Source of the DNA: a bacterium
GTDB lineage: Bacteria > Patescibacteriota > Saccharimonadia > Saccharimonadales > JAGQNK01
Direction: 5' to 3'
Length of the DNA: 49,324 bases
Assembly: GCA_029557815.1 (NCBI GenBank)
Contig: JAKQHX010000025.1
Span: forward strand, 1 to 49,324
Positions 18,532 to 25,644 of this stretch are shown piece by piece. The notes beneath the pieces are model-generated. The model was not told the DNA's origin. It did not search any database and was given only the letters and a program-made list of their open reading frames with translations. The translations under genes were made by a program, and so were the position numbers. How positions within the stretch are numbered: the first letter of the stretch is position 1; every line of letters begins with the position of its first letter.

Positions 18532-19089
18532 GTGGAAAGAACTTTGATCATTCTCAAGCCAGATACAGTACAGCGGGCTATAGCAGGCGAGATTATAACT
18601 CGATTTGAAAGAGTGGGATTAAAAATCATTGGTATGAAAATGATGATCCCTGAAATGGAGTTGCTCCGTAACCACTATCCTGATGATCTCATACCTATTG
18701 TCGGTAATAAGACCAAAGAAGACTGGGATAATTATGGTGTAGAGTACAGTGAATCTATAGAGGAAATAGGTAAGGTCATCGTCGAGGCCACACGTGATTT
18801 TATGAAAAGTGCACCAGTTATCGCAATGGTCCTAGAGGGTAGTCAGGCAGTTGAAATCGTGCGAAAGATGGTAGGTAAAACTGGACCAAAAGATTCTCCG
18901 CCAGGCACCATTAGGGGCGATTATGCGCATCTGAGTCTAGGAAGAGCCTCGCTGAGAAAAAAAGGTGCGGCGAACATCCTGCATGCGTCTGGTACCGTCA
19001 AGGAGGCTGAGCATGAGATCAAGATGTGGTTCGATGACAACGAGCTTTTTGAGTACAAAACAGTCCACGAGCAATTGACACAGGTTTAG
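18532..19089 (+). CDS. ndk: Nucleoside diphosphate kinase (long form with internal insertion)
   Basis: ERTLIILKPDTVQR, GTIRGDYA and NILHASG (catalytic His). The ORF track starts at GTG 18472, which abuts the xerC start. I prefer GTG 18532, preceded by GAAGGA. Confidence 0.85.
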   Translation: MERTLIILKPDTVQRAIAGEIITRFERVGLKIIGMKMMIPEMELLRNHYPDDLIPIVGNKTKEDWDNYGVEYSESIEEIGKVIVEATRDFMKSAPVIAMVLEGSQAVEIVRKMVGKTGPKDSPPGTIRGDYAHLSLGRASLRKKGAANILHASGTVKEAEHEIKMWFDDNELFEYKTVHEQLTQV

Positions 19090-19141
19090 CAATAAATTCG
19101 TTCGCAAAGAATAATACCCCATTTGTTATGGGGTATTATTC

Positions 19142-19218
19142 TGGTGATCCGGGAGGGATTCGAACCCCCGACGCCCGCCTTAGGACGGCGGCGCTCTATC
19201 CAGCTGAGCTACCGGACC
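19142..19218 (-). tRNA. tRNA-Arg (anticodon CCT)
   Basis: The cloverleaf was read by hand: acceptor GGTCCGG/CCGGATC, D-arm GCTC..GAGC, anticodon stem CCGCC/GGCGG with loop GTCCTAA, T-arm GGGGG TTCGAAT CCCTC, and encoded CCA. Confidence 0.9.
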
Positions 19219-19263
19219 TCAACTAAAGTATAAGTATACTCATAATTGGGGTAAAATAAACAT

Positions 19264-19842
19264 ATGGCCAAGGAAAAAACAGAAAACGAAGTGCCAAAAC
19301 AGTTTCCTGATCAGCTCGATGACGAAGAAGTTTTGCTGATGTTCCGCAAGCACCCCATAGTGATGCGCAAAGGATTAGTCTTCGGCATGCTTGGGCCGCT
19401 CTTTGGCATTCTTCCGACGGCTATCTGGCCGACCCTGGGGTTCGGGTGGTTTTTTGGCGGCCTGTTCGGCGGCATTGGTCTTGGGCTGCTCATATTCTTT
19501 CCATTTTGGATAAATTGGTACTACAGCGTGTATATCGTCACTGACCTGCGGTTTATACAGATTACACAGAAAGGCCTTTTCAGCAAAAGCTTCGTTGATC
19601 TGAGTCTCAATCAGATCCAGAGCCTGAATTACGAAATAAAAGGGCTACAGGCGACACTTCTCGGTTATGGTACAATACTCGTGCAAACCTACATGGGGGA
19701 TTTGGTCATCCACGAGGTGCATCATCCGGCCAAACTATACAAACAACTCATAACGATTATGCGGGACGAAGGTATAGAGCCTGTCAAAATGACTCCCGAA
19801 ATGCAAGAAGAGGAAGCATTAGATCTTGAAGAAGAAGCTTAG
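19264..19842 (+). CDS. Membrane protein with bacterial PH-like (bPH/YdbT-like) domain
   Basis: Two TM helices followed by DLRFIQITQKGLFSKSFVDLSLNQIQSLNYEIKGL..., which resembles bPH_2 family proteins. The family call is tentative. Confidence 0.6.
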   Translation: MAKEKTENEVPKQFPDQLDDEEVLLMFRKHPIVMRKGLVFGMLGPLFGILPTAIWPTLGFGWFFGGLFGGIGLGLLIFFPFWINWYYSVYIVTDLRFIQITQKGLFSKSFVDLSLNQIQSLNYEIKGLQATLLGYGTILVQTYMGDLVIHEVHHPAKLYKQLITIMRDEGIEPVKMTPEMQEEEALDLEEEA

Positions 19843-20896
19843 GAATCTGGTAAACAAACGTCCCAGGCGCAAGCAGGAGCCGGAGCTCCAGGATAGCGCA
19901 CCGCGTATCACGAACGAAACGGTGGCGGCGCATCGTGAAGAGGTGCTTGGCACCGCCCGTAAATACATCTACCCATTACAGCACTCCAAGCACCGTATCG
20001 TGCTGATTTCGACAGGCCTGTTCATCGTAACGATAGTAGCGTTCTTTACGTACTCTACGCTTGCCCTCTATAAATTCCAGTCCAGTTCAACGTTTTTATA
20101 CCGTGTCACGCAAGTCTTCCCATTCCCGATAGCCCGTGCTGGTGGACGTTTCGTCTCATATGAGAACTACCTGTTTGAGCTTCGGCACTACACGCACTAC
20201 TACGAGAACCAGCTTGATACGGATTTTTCCGACCCTAAGAATGCGCCTCAGCTCGAAGACTTCAAGCGTCGCGCTCTGGACAAAGTCGTAAACGATACCT
20301 ATGTCAAGCTGCTCGCCGAGCAACACAACATTAGTGTCAGCGCGCAAGAAGTTGATGATCAGATAACCATCGTGCGTAACCAGAACCGGCTTGGTGGTAA
20401 TGAGCAGGTGTTTGAGGACGTGCTAAAAGACTACTGGGGTTGGTCAGTCAACGACTTCAAGCGTTCATTGCGCCAGGAATTACTCGCCCAAAAGGTAGCG
20501 GCTACTTTGGATACAGAAACCAAGACCCAGGCAGAAACGGCGCTCGCCGAGATCCGTCGTGGTGCCAAGTTCGCGGATGTAGCCAAAAAATATTCGGATG
20601 ACAACCGTACGAAAGGCAATGGCGGAGAGTTGCCAGGGTTAGTGGAGCGCACCGACCGTGACCTGTCGGCGCAGACCACGGATGCGCTCTTTCGGCTGAA
20701 GAAAGGCCACGTATCGGGTATCGTGAACACCGGTTATGCTCTGGAGATTCTCAAAAACCTTGATACCGAAGGGGACAAAATCAAGGCCGCTCATATACTG
20801 TTCCAGTTCAAAGACATTTCTGAATACATAAATGACCTCAAAGACAAAAAGGGAACCCGTCTGTATATCTCACTCGGTGAGACACCAAAACCATAG
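19826..20896 (+). CDS. Membrane-anchored peptidyl-prolyl cis-trans isomerase (parvulin / PrsA-SurA-like)
   Basis: One TM, a chaperone-like region, then a parvulin-like segment FADVAKKYSDDNRTKGNGGELPGLVERTD...GHVSGIVNTGYALEILK. The start is TTG 19826. Confidence 0.75.
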   Translation: MKKKLRNLVNKRPRRKQEPELQDSAPRITNETVAAHREEVLGTARKYIYPLQHSKHRIVLISTGLFIVTIVAFFTYSTLALYKFQSSSTFLYRVTQVFPFPIARAGGRFVSYENYLFELRHYTHYYENQLDTDFSDPKNAPQLEDFKRRALDKVVNDTYVKLLAEQHNISVSAQEVDDQITIVRNQNRLGGNEQVFEDVLKDYWGWSVNDFKRSLRQELLAQKVAATLDTETKTQAETALAEIRRGAKFADVAKKYSDDNRTKGNGGELPGLVERTDRDLSAQTTDALFRLKKGHVSGIVNTGYALEILKNLDTEGDKIKAAHILFQFKDISEYINDLKDKKGTRLYISLGETPKP

Positions 20897-20987
20897 GTTG
20901 GACAGACGACTGTCGGAGTCACCAGCCTACCCGGAACCAGTAGTAAAGCATACTACACAGCGTGTACTTACTCATGCAGCGACAGGG

Positions 20988-21326
20988 CTATACGGTCTCA
21001 CCAGGAGGAATGTAGAACTTGTGATCTAGCCCCGGGGCACGGGTCGTGAGCTCAATCTGCTGTTCCTCTGTGAGGCTGAGTGGCTCCCGTCCGTCTTTTA
21101 GGAACAAACAAACATCGTCGATGATGCCTTCGCAGCTTGTTCTGCCTAGTAGCTCCGCTTTGGGAAAGTCACACCTGAAAGTCCCTCCAGCGTTCCAAAA
21201 GAGACAGTTTCTCCCCAGGTTTTCTTCCTTTGGGTAGTGGGTCTCTCTGCCTTCGGGATTTGTGGCTCCGTTCGTCATAGTACTGATAATGTCACTATGC
21301 ACGGCAGCTGTCCACAGTCCACCCAC
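20988..21326 (-). CDS. Hypothetical Cys-containing protein downstream of the Crp-family gene
   Basis: 112-aa ORF (GTG start) 20 nt after the crp-like stop on the same strand. No family was recognised, and competing short ORFs lie on the + strand. Confidence 0.35.
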   Translation of the reverse strand: MGGLWTAAVHSDIISTMTNGATNPEGRETHYPKEENLGRNCLFWNAGGTFRCDFPKAELLGRTSCEGIIDDVCLFLKDGREPLSLTEEQQIELTTRAPGLDHKFYIPPGETV

Positions 21327-21346
21327 CTTTACAGGACCAGTAGGCC

Positions 21347-21997
21347 TTAAGGGTCGAATTCTAATTTTTGCTCGAGTTTACTCGCATCTATTTCAATGCC
21401 GTGCTTGGTGAGTGAGATCATACCGGCTTTTTCCAACTTATGAAGCTCTCGGCTGACCGTTTCTCTGGCGAGCCCGCTCCGAGCGGCCAGGGTATGCTGC
21501 TTTATGTTCACGAGCCTTCTGCTATCATCTATTTCGGTCCCAAAGCGATAGGCTTCTATGAGGAGCTCAAAAATCAAGCGGCTTGCCGCAACGCCGCTCG
21601 TTGCCAGTACCAGTCGTTTCAATAGCGCGTCTGTGCCTCTGTATACCCGGCTCAAAAGGTCAAGCATTACCTCAGGGTTCTGCAGTAAAAAAGCTATGGT
21701 CTTGTCAGCATCGGCCCGCTGTAACTTCACATCTGTTGAGGCGATATAAAAATAAGTATTTGGCGTTTTGTTGATTGCCCACGACATTGGAAAAAACGCT
21801 GGCGGCCGAAAAATATTAACGGTTATTCTGTTGCCTTCCGGAGTGATGTCGTACTGTTCAACCACGCCGTCAACCAGAAACGAAATACCTTCCGGTTCTT
21901 GGCCGGCGTGCGTTATTATCTCGCCCTTGGCATATGCTTTTACATCGCTGGAACCGAAGTGACTCCGCAACTTGTCTGATATTCGGCGCTGATTCAT
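21347..21997 (-). CDS. Crp/Fnr-family transcriptional regulator (cNMP-binding domain plus C-terminal HTH)
   Basis: 216 aa. The beta-barrel cNMP-like N-domain contains GEIITHAGQEPEGISFLVDGVV. The C-terminal HTH is HTLAARSGLARETVSRELHKLEKAG. Confidence 0.85.
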   Translation of the reverse strand: MNQRRISDKLRSHFGSSDVKAYAKGEIITHAGQEPEGISFLVDGVVEQYDITPEGNRITVNIFRPPAFFPMSWAINKTPNTYFYIASTDVKLQRADADKTIAFLLQNPEVMLDLLSRVYRGTDALLKRLVLATSGVAASRLIFELLIEAYRFGTEIDDSRRLVNIKQHTLAARSGLARETVSRELHKLEKAGMISLTKHGIEIDASKLEQKLEFDP

Positions 21998-22028
21998 CGT
22001 ATAATAATCGTTATGGTTTTCTAATAAA

Positions 22029-22044
22029 CGTGACTGGAGTCACA
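22029..22044. promoter_or_regulatory. CRP-type operator CGTGA-N6-TCACA in the divergent crp-like / 22108 intergenic region
   Basis: cgtgactggagtcaca matches 9/10 half-site positions of TGTGA-N6-TCACA and contains the perfect inverted repeat GTGAC-tgga-GTCAC. It lies about 42 nt upstream of the inferred TSS after the -10 TAGTAT/TATAAG element (22066-22074). Confidence 0.5.
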
Positions 22045-22107
22045 TATTTATTCTACATTCCAAGTTAGTATAAGGGTAATCTAAAAGAAGCGCTGAAAGG
22101 AATCCAA

Positions 22108-22650
22108 ATGGCAAAGGCGGTAACAAAAACTCAAAACCAGGCAGTCAATAAAGTATTTATGTACTTGTCGGCAATAGCTGCAGGGGCACTCTTAGTAGTA
22201 GGTGGCCTCGCACTCTGGGCACATAACTTTACGAGTAATATGGTCAAGACTGAACTGGCCGCCCAAAAAATATACTTCCCGGCCAAAGGCAGCCCGGCGC
22301 TCGATCCTGCAACATATCCTGATCTGCAGCAGTATGCCGGACAGCTTGTAGATACACCCGAAAAGGCCAAAGCCTATGCCAATGAGTACATCGGCGAGCA
22401 CCTGAAGCAGGTTGCGAACGGCAAGGTGTATGCCGAAATCAGCACAGAGGCCAGGAAGGATCCGGAGAACAAAGAACTTCAAGAGCAGAAGCAAACACTG
22501 TTCCAGGGCGAAACACTGCGCGGCATACTACTTACGAGCGGGTATGGTTTCGGCACCGTAGGCAACATAGCCGGCATCGCGGCTTACATTGCCTTTGCCG
22601 CAAGCGGTGCCATGGCGCTTTTGGCAGTATTTTTCCGCACGCGAATATAA
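22108..22650 (+). CDS. Hypothetical membrane protein (N- and C-terminal TM helices)
   Basis: 180-aa ORF with RBS AAAGGA. It sits directly upstream of the VKOR gene with a 9-nt gap. Confidence 0.6.
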   Translation: MAKAVTKTQNQAVNKVFMYLSAIAAGALLVVGGLALWAHNFTSNMVKTELAAQKIYFPAKGSPALDPATYPDLQQYAGQLVDTPEKAKAYANEYIGEHLKQVANGKVYAEISTEARKDPENKELQEQKQTLFQGETLRGILLTSGYGFGTVGNIAGIAAYIAFAASGAMALLAVFFRTRI

Positions 22651-22659
22651 AAAATCGAC

Positions 22660-23271
22660 ATGTTTCATATACGCAAAGAAGCACTGACTCTCAACAAGCT
22701 CCTGCCGTACCTGCTGATTGGCGCCGGCATAATCGGCTGTATCGCATCGTTTGCCTTGACATATGACAAGGTGCAAATCCTACAAAATGCGAACTATGAC
22801 CCGTCGTGTAACATTAACCCGATATTTAGTTGCGGCTCGGTCATGAAGACAGAGCAGGCGAGCTTACTCGGCGTACCAAACTCTATTTTTGGCTTGGTTG
22901 CGTACAGTATGTTGCTTACGTTTGGTGTATTGCTCGCAGGTGGTGCAAAGGTTAAGAGGTGGGTTTGGCTTGGCGCACAACTAGCAGCAACAGTTGGCGT
23001 GGTGTTCATGCACTATCTGTTTTTCCAGGGTGTTTACAGGATTAATGCAATCTGTCCCTGGTGTTTTACCGTATGGATGGTGACCATACCTGTCTTCTGG
23101 TACATCACCCTATATAATATCGGCGAGAAAAACATACGCGTGCCCAAAGGCATGGAACGGGCTGCTGTGTTTGTGCGCAAATACCATGGTGAAGTACTGG
23201 TAGTATGGTATCTGGTTATATTCGCCATCCTTTTGCAGCACTTTTGGTACTACTGGTCGACATTGCTGTAG
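22660..23271 (+). CDS. Vitamin K epoxide reductase (VKOR) family disulfide-bond-forming membrane protein
   Basis: Loop cysteine pair in DPSCNINPIFSCGSV, active-site CPWC in a TM helix (INAICPWCFTVW), and about 5 TMs. Confidence 0.8.
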   Translation: MFHIRKEALTLNKLLPYLLIGAGIIGCIASFALTYDKVQILQNANYDPSCNINPIFSCGSVMKTEQASLLGVPNSIFGLVAYSMLLTFGVLLAGGAKVKRWVWLGAQLAATVGVVFMHYLFFQGVYRINAICPWCFTVWMVTIPVFWYITLYNIGEKNIRVPKGMERAAVFVRKYHGEVLVVWYLVIFAILLQHFWYYWSTLL

Positions 23272-23571
23272 CCAGGTGTGTTAAGCGAAAATATAGGACA
23301 GGTGTGGGGCTCTACTACTAGGACTGCGGAAGTTCAATCCGTACGGCCTGAGAGATAAGACCATTAAGTACAACGCGCGTCAATCTTTCATCTTGGGGTA
23401 GGCTAGGTCTTATTTTTAGTAACTGCGAGCTAGCCTCGTATCTTTCGTTGCGGAACCAGGCCTGTAAGTCCGGGGGTCGAACAACTTCATTAGCTTGCAC
23501 TACTTCTATGATATCACTACTTTCAGTGACTTATCGGGGCATTGAGTCAGATTTCCGAGCCGCTTAACTTT

Positions 23572-23904
23572 TTACGAATCACTACTACCTTTTTGCCTGG
23601 TAATGGGCGGCTCGGCTGGCAGTATCTCGTTAGGGATAGGTTGCATTATGGGGTTCTCGTCAGTGTGCGAAGCCTCTTCCATCACGCGAGCGGTAACAAC
23701 GTCCCCAAGGGCGTCTAGGTAAACCTCATCACCAGGGGTTGCAAGCTCTCTGGCGTCTGAAAGGCGCCGCTGTTGCTCTTCGTATTCAATGCGTCTCATA
23801 TCCTCCGGCGAGAGTGGGGGCGTAACCATGGAGCGCACTACCAAAGACGCGTCTATCTTTAGTCGGTCTCTTAATGTGGTTTTCTTTTCTGTTGGAGTTT
23901 CCAT
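23572..23904 (-). CDS. Hypothetical protein (acidic, Pro-rich), probably leaderless
   Basis: The ORF track starts at 23976. I favour ATG 23904 (METPTEKKTTL...) because a TTGACA-17-TATTAT promoter ends 7 nt upstream of it. Confidence 0.5.
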   Translation of the reverse strand: METPTEKKTTLRDRLKIDASLVVRSMVTPPLSPEDMRRIEYEEQQRRLSDARELATPGDEVYLDALGDVVTARVMEEASHTDENPIMQPIPNEILPAEPPITRQKGSSDS

Positions 23905-23911
23905 ACTACTG

Positions 23912-23940
23912 ATAATAGCATATAAAATAATATATGTCAA
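23912..23940 (-). promoter_or_regulatory. Sigma70-type promoter placing the TSS on the ATG at 23904 (leaderless mRNA candidate)
   Basis: The minus strand reads TTGACA (23940-23935), 17 nt, TATTAT (23917-23912), 7 nt, ATG. Confidence 0.5.
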
Positions 23941-24017
23941 TAGCTGGTGATTGCAATTGAGACCGGATGACTGCATGTCTGCGTCTGTCCTCGGGATACA
24001 CTCATGTGGCCAAGCTT

Positions 24018-24037
24018 GCCGACCGAACCGGCGATCT
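24018..24037 (-). repeat. Degenerate fragment of the tRNA-Asp T-arm region
   Basis: cgaaccggcgatct (24024-24037) is identical to 24314-24327 inside tRNA-Asp. The preceding gccgac matches cccgac of the tRNA with a 6-nt deletion. It does not fold as a tRNA. Confidence 0.6.
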
Positions 24038-24123
24038 GCTTACTGCATTCGCTCAGATTGCCTCGCTTCAAACCAATTAGGCAACAGAATTAAAAAACCA
24101 CCCGTTGGGTGATTTCCTAATTC

Positions 24124-24142
24124 TGGCGGGCCCGACCGGATT
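24124..24142 (-). repeat. 19-nt exact duplicate of the tRNA-Asp 3' end (att-like scar)
   Basis: tggcgggcccgaccggatt at 24124-24142 equals 24295-24313 (the tRNA-Asp 3' end including CCA). No T-loop or 5' half follows. Confidence 0.85.
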
Positions 24143-24257
24143 ATTCTATATAACCTGCAGCCATGCTCGGAGCAAGCTCCTGTGCGTGGCTTTGCTTATC
24201 GAACCGCTTTTGCTGGCGCAAAAGACTCGGTTCGGATCACAAGCACGTTCATCAATA

Positions 24258-24284
24258 GAAAAAGCCCCAGACTTACAGTCTGAG
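24258..24284 (-). terminator. Intrinsic terminator downstream of tRNA-Asp
   Basis: The minus strand reads ctcagact-gta-agtctggg followed by gcttttt. Confidence 0.6.
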
Positions 24285-24294
24285 ACTTTTTCTA

Positions 24295-24371
24295 TGGCGG
24301 GCCCGACCGGATTCGAACCGGCGATCTCCTCCGTGACAGGGAGGCATGTTAGGCCTCTACACCACGAGCCC
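24295..24371 (-). tRNA. tRNA-Asp (anticodon GTC)
   Basis: Acceptor GGGCTCG/CGGGCCC, anticodon stem CCTCC/GGAGG with loop CTGTCAC, T-arm GCCGG TTCGAAT CCGGT, and encoded CCA. Confidence 0.92.
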
Positions 24372-24500
24372 GCATTTGTCGACCAAGCTATGCTACCAAA
24401 ATATCTCTGTTTATGCAACGCGGTTCATCTGTAGACTTTTGTATAAAAACAACCAGCGCATGAATTGACGTAGGTTGTTGGTTGGCCTTATGCTCTAATT

Positions 24501-24965
24501 ATGCCAATGCCAAAAAAACCAAGGTCAAATTGCAGGAACTGTCGTCAGGTGACTGCTCGGCCATCGTACAAATATTGCAGCAACAAGTGCCAAACTGACT
24601 TCCAGTACAAATTATATATTCAGCAGTGGCTTAATGGGAAAGTCAGCGGTCTACAAAGGCTTGGTGTCGTATCGAGGTATGTTAAGCGTTATCTGCGTGA
24701 AAAGTACGACAATAAATGTTGCATTTGTGGTTGGTCAGAGGTCAATACTTTCACAGGGGTCATACCGTTGGTTGCAGACCATATTGACGGTAATTGGCAA
24801 AATAATACGGAAGACAATCTGCGTTTAATTTGCCCAAATTGTGACTCGTTGACGGCAACATATGCTGGGCTAAACAGAGGCAAGGGGAGGAAAGAAAGAG
24901 CAGTTAGTAATCGTGTCCATGTGGGGCGTAAGCTAATGAATAGAGCACATAATCAATCTGACTAA
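24501..24965 (+). CDS. HNH endonuclease domain protein
   Basis: N-terminal Cys-rich zinc-ribbon-like region (CRNCRQ...YCSNKC) and the HNH core ADHIDGNWQNNTEDNLRLICPNCDS. Confidence 0.8.
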   Translation: MPMPKKPRSNCRNCRQVTARPSYKYCSNKCQTDFQYKLYIQQWLNGKVSGLQRLGVVSRYVKRYLREKYDNKCCICGWSEVNTFTGVIPLVADHIDGNWQNNTEDNLRLICPNCDSLTATYAGLNRGKGRKERAVSNRVHVGRKLMNRAHNQSD

Positions 24966-25004
24966 CAAAATAACTATATTTTGCTATAATAGCCTCTGTT
25001 TTTT

Positions 25005-25081
25005 GCCACCTTAGCTCAGTTGGCTAGAGCGCAGCTTTCGTAAAGCTGAGGTCCGGGGTTCGAGCCCCCGAGGTGGCTCCA
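25005..25081 (+). tRNA. tRNA-Thr (anticodon CGT)
   Basis: Acceptor GCCACCT/AGGTGGC, discriminator T, anticodon stem CAGCT/AGCTG with loop TTCGTAA, T-arm CGGGG TTCGAGC CCCCG, and CCA. Confidence 0.92.
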
Positions 25082-25159
25082 CTTCGCATTTACGACTTCG
25101 AAAGGATTTAAAGAGCTGAATAGCGGAGGGGACTTGTAGGCCAATCCATTACGCCTCAT

Positions 25160-25234
25160 GCGGGTATCGTATAGTGGCTAATATGCAACCTTCCCAAGGT
25201 TGAGAGCAGAGTTCGATTCTCTGTACCCGCACCA
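25160..25234 (+). tRNA. tRNA-Gly (anticodon CCC)
   Basis: Acceptor GCGGGTA/TACCCGC, anticodon stem CAACC/GGTTG with loop TTCCCAA, T-arm CAGAG TTCGATT CTCTG, and CCA. Confidence 0.92.
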
Positions 25235-25273
25235 CTTTAAACTTTTGGCTTTTGATTCTATACTTACAACCAA

Positions 25274-25630
25274 ATGCACATACCAAAAAATTATTTTCAT
25301 GACCGAGTTGTAGTGTTGCTTCTTAGCGTCAACACGTTCCTGGCGCTTCTGGGAAGCGTGCTCGTACTCTTTCGGCTGGATGGTGGCGGTTCGGATGTCT
25401 ACATTGTCCAGTACCGCGCCAACCTAGGCCTTAGCGCTTTCAAGCGCGGCGGACCTGAGCCGTTAGTAAGCTTTGTAGTCTTTGGATTGCTTGTTCTGGC
25501 GGTCCATACAATTTTGAGCATCCGCGTATATCCGGTGCGGCGGCAATTTGCAGTAGCGATTCTGGCTTTGGGTACCTTGCTGCTATGTTTGTCTATCATT
25601 GTTAGTAACGCATTACTTATCCTTAGATAA
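25274..25630 (+). CDS. Small integral membrane protein (3-4 TMs), unknown function
   Basis: 118-aa hydrophobic ORF directly upstream of the GT2 synthase-like gene. Confidence 0.6.
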   Translation: MHIPKNYFHDRVVVLLLSVNTFLALLGSVLVLFRLDGGGSDVYIVQYRANLGLSAFKRGGPEPLVSFVVFGLLVLAVHTILSIRVYPVRRQFAVAILALGTLLLCLSIIVSNALLILR

Positions 25631-25644
25631 GTGTAGAGGCAACA

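Noticed and set aside
17537-19218. Tyrosine recombinase next to tRNA-Arg as the integrase of an island carrying the pilus operon
   Set aside because: The protein has the full XerC/XerD-like N-terminal and catalytic signatures and a housekeeping length. No duplicate of the tRNA-Arg 3' end was found nearby. ndk lies between the recombinase and the tRNA. The pilus operon has the same composition as its surroundings. A chromosome-dimer resolvase is the more economical reading, though a single-window view cannot fully exclude the alternative.
23318-23500. 60-aa ORF (minus strand) between VKOR and the 23572 gene as a toxin/antitoxin component
   Set aside because: It has a non-ATG start, no RBS, no partner gene and no family signature. 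It may be a remnant associated with the tRNA-Asp scar region, but I cannot support it as a gene.
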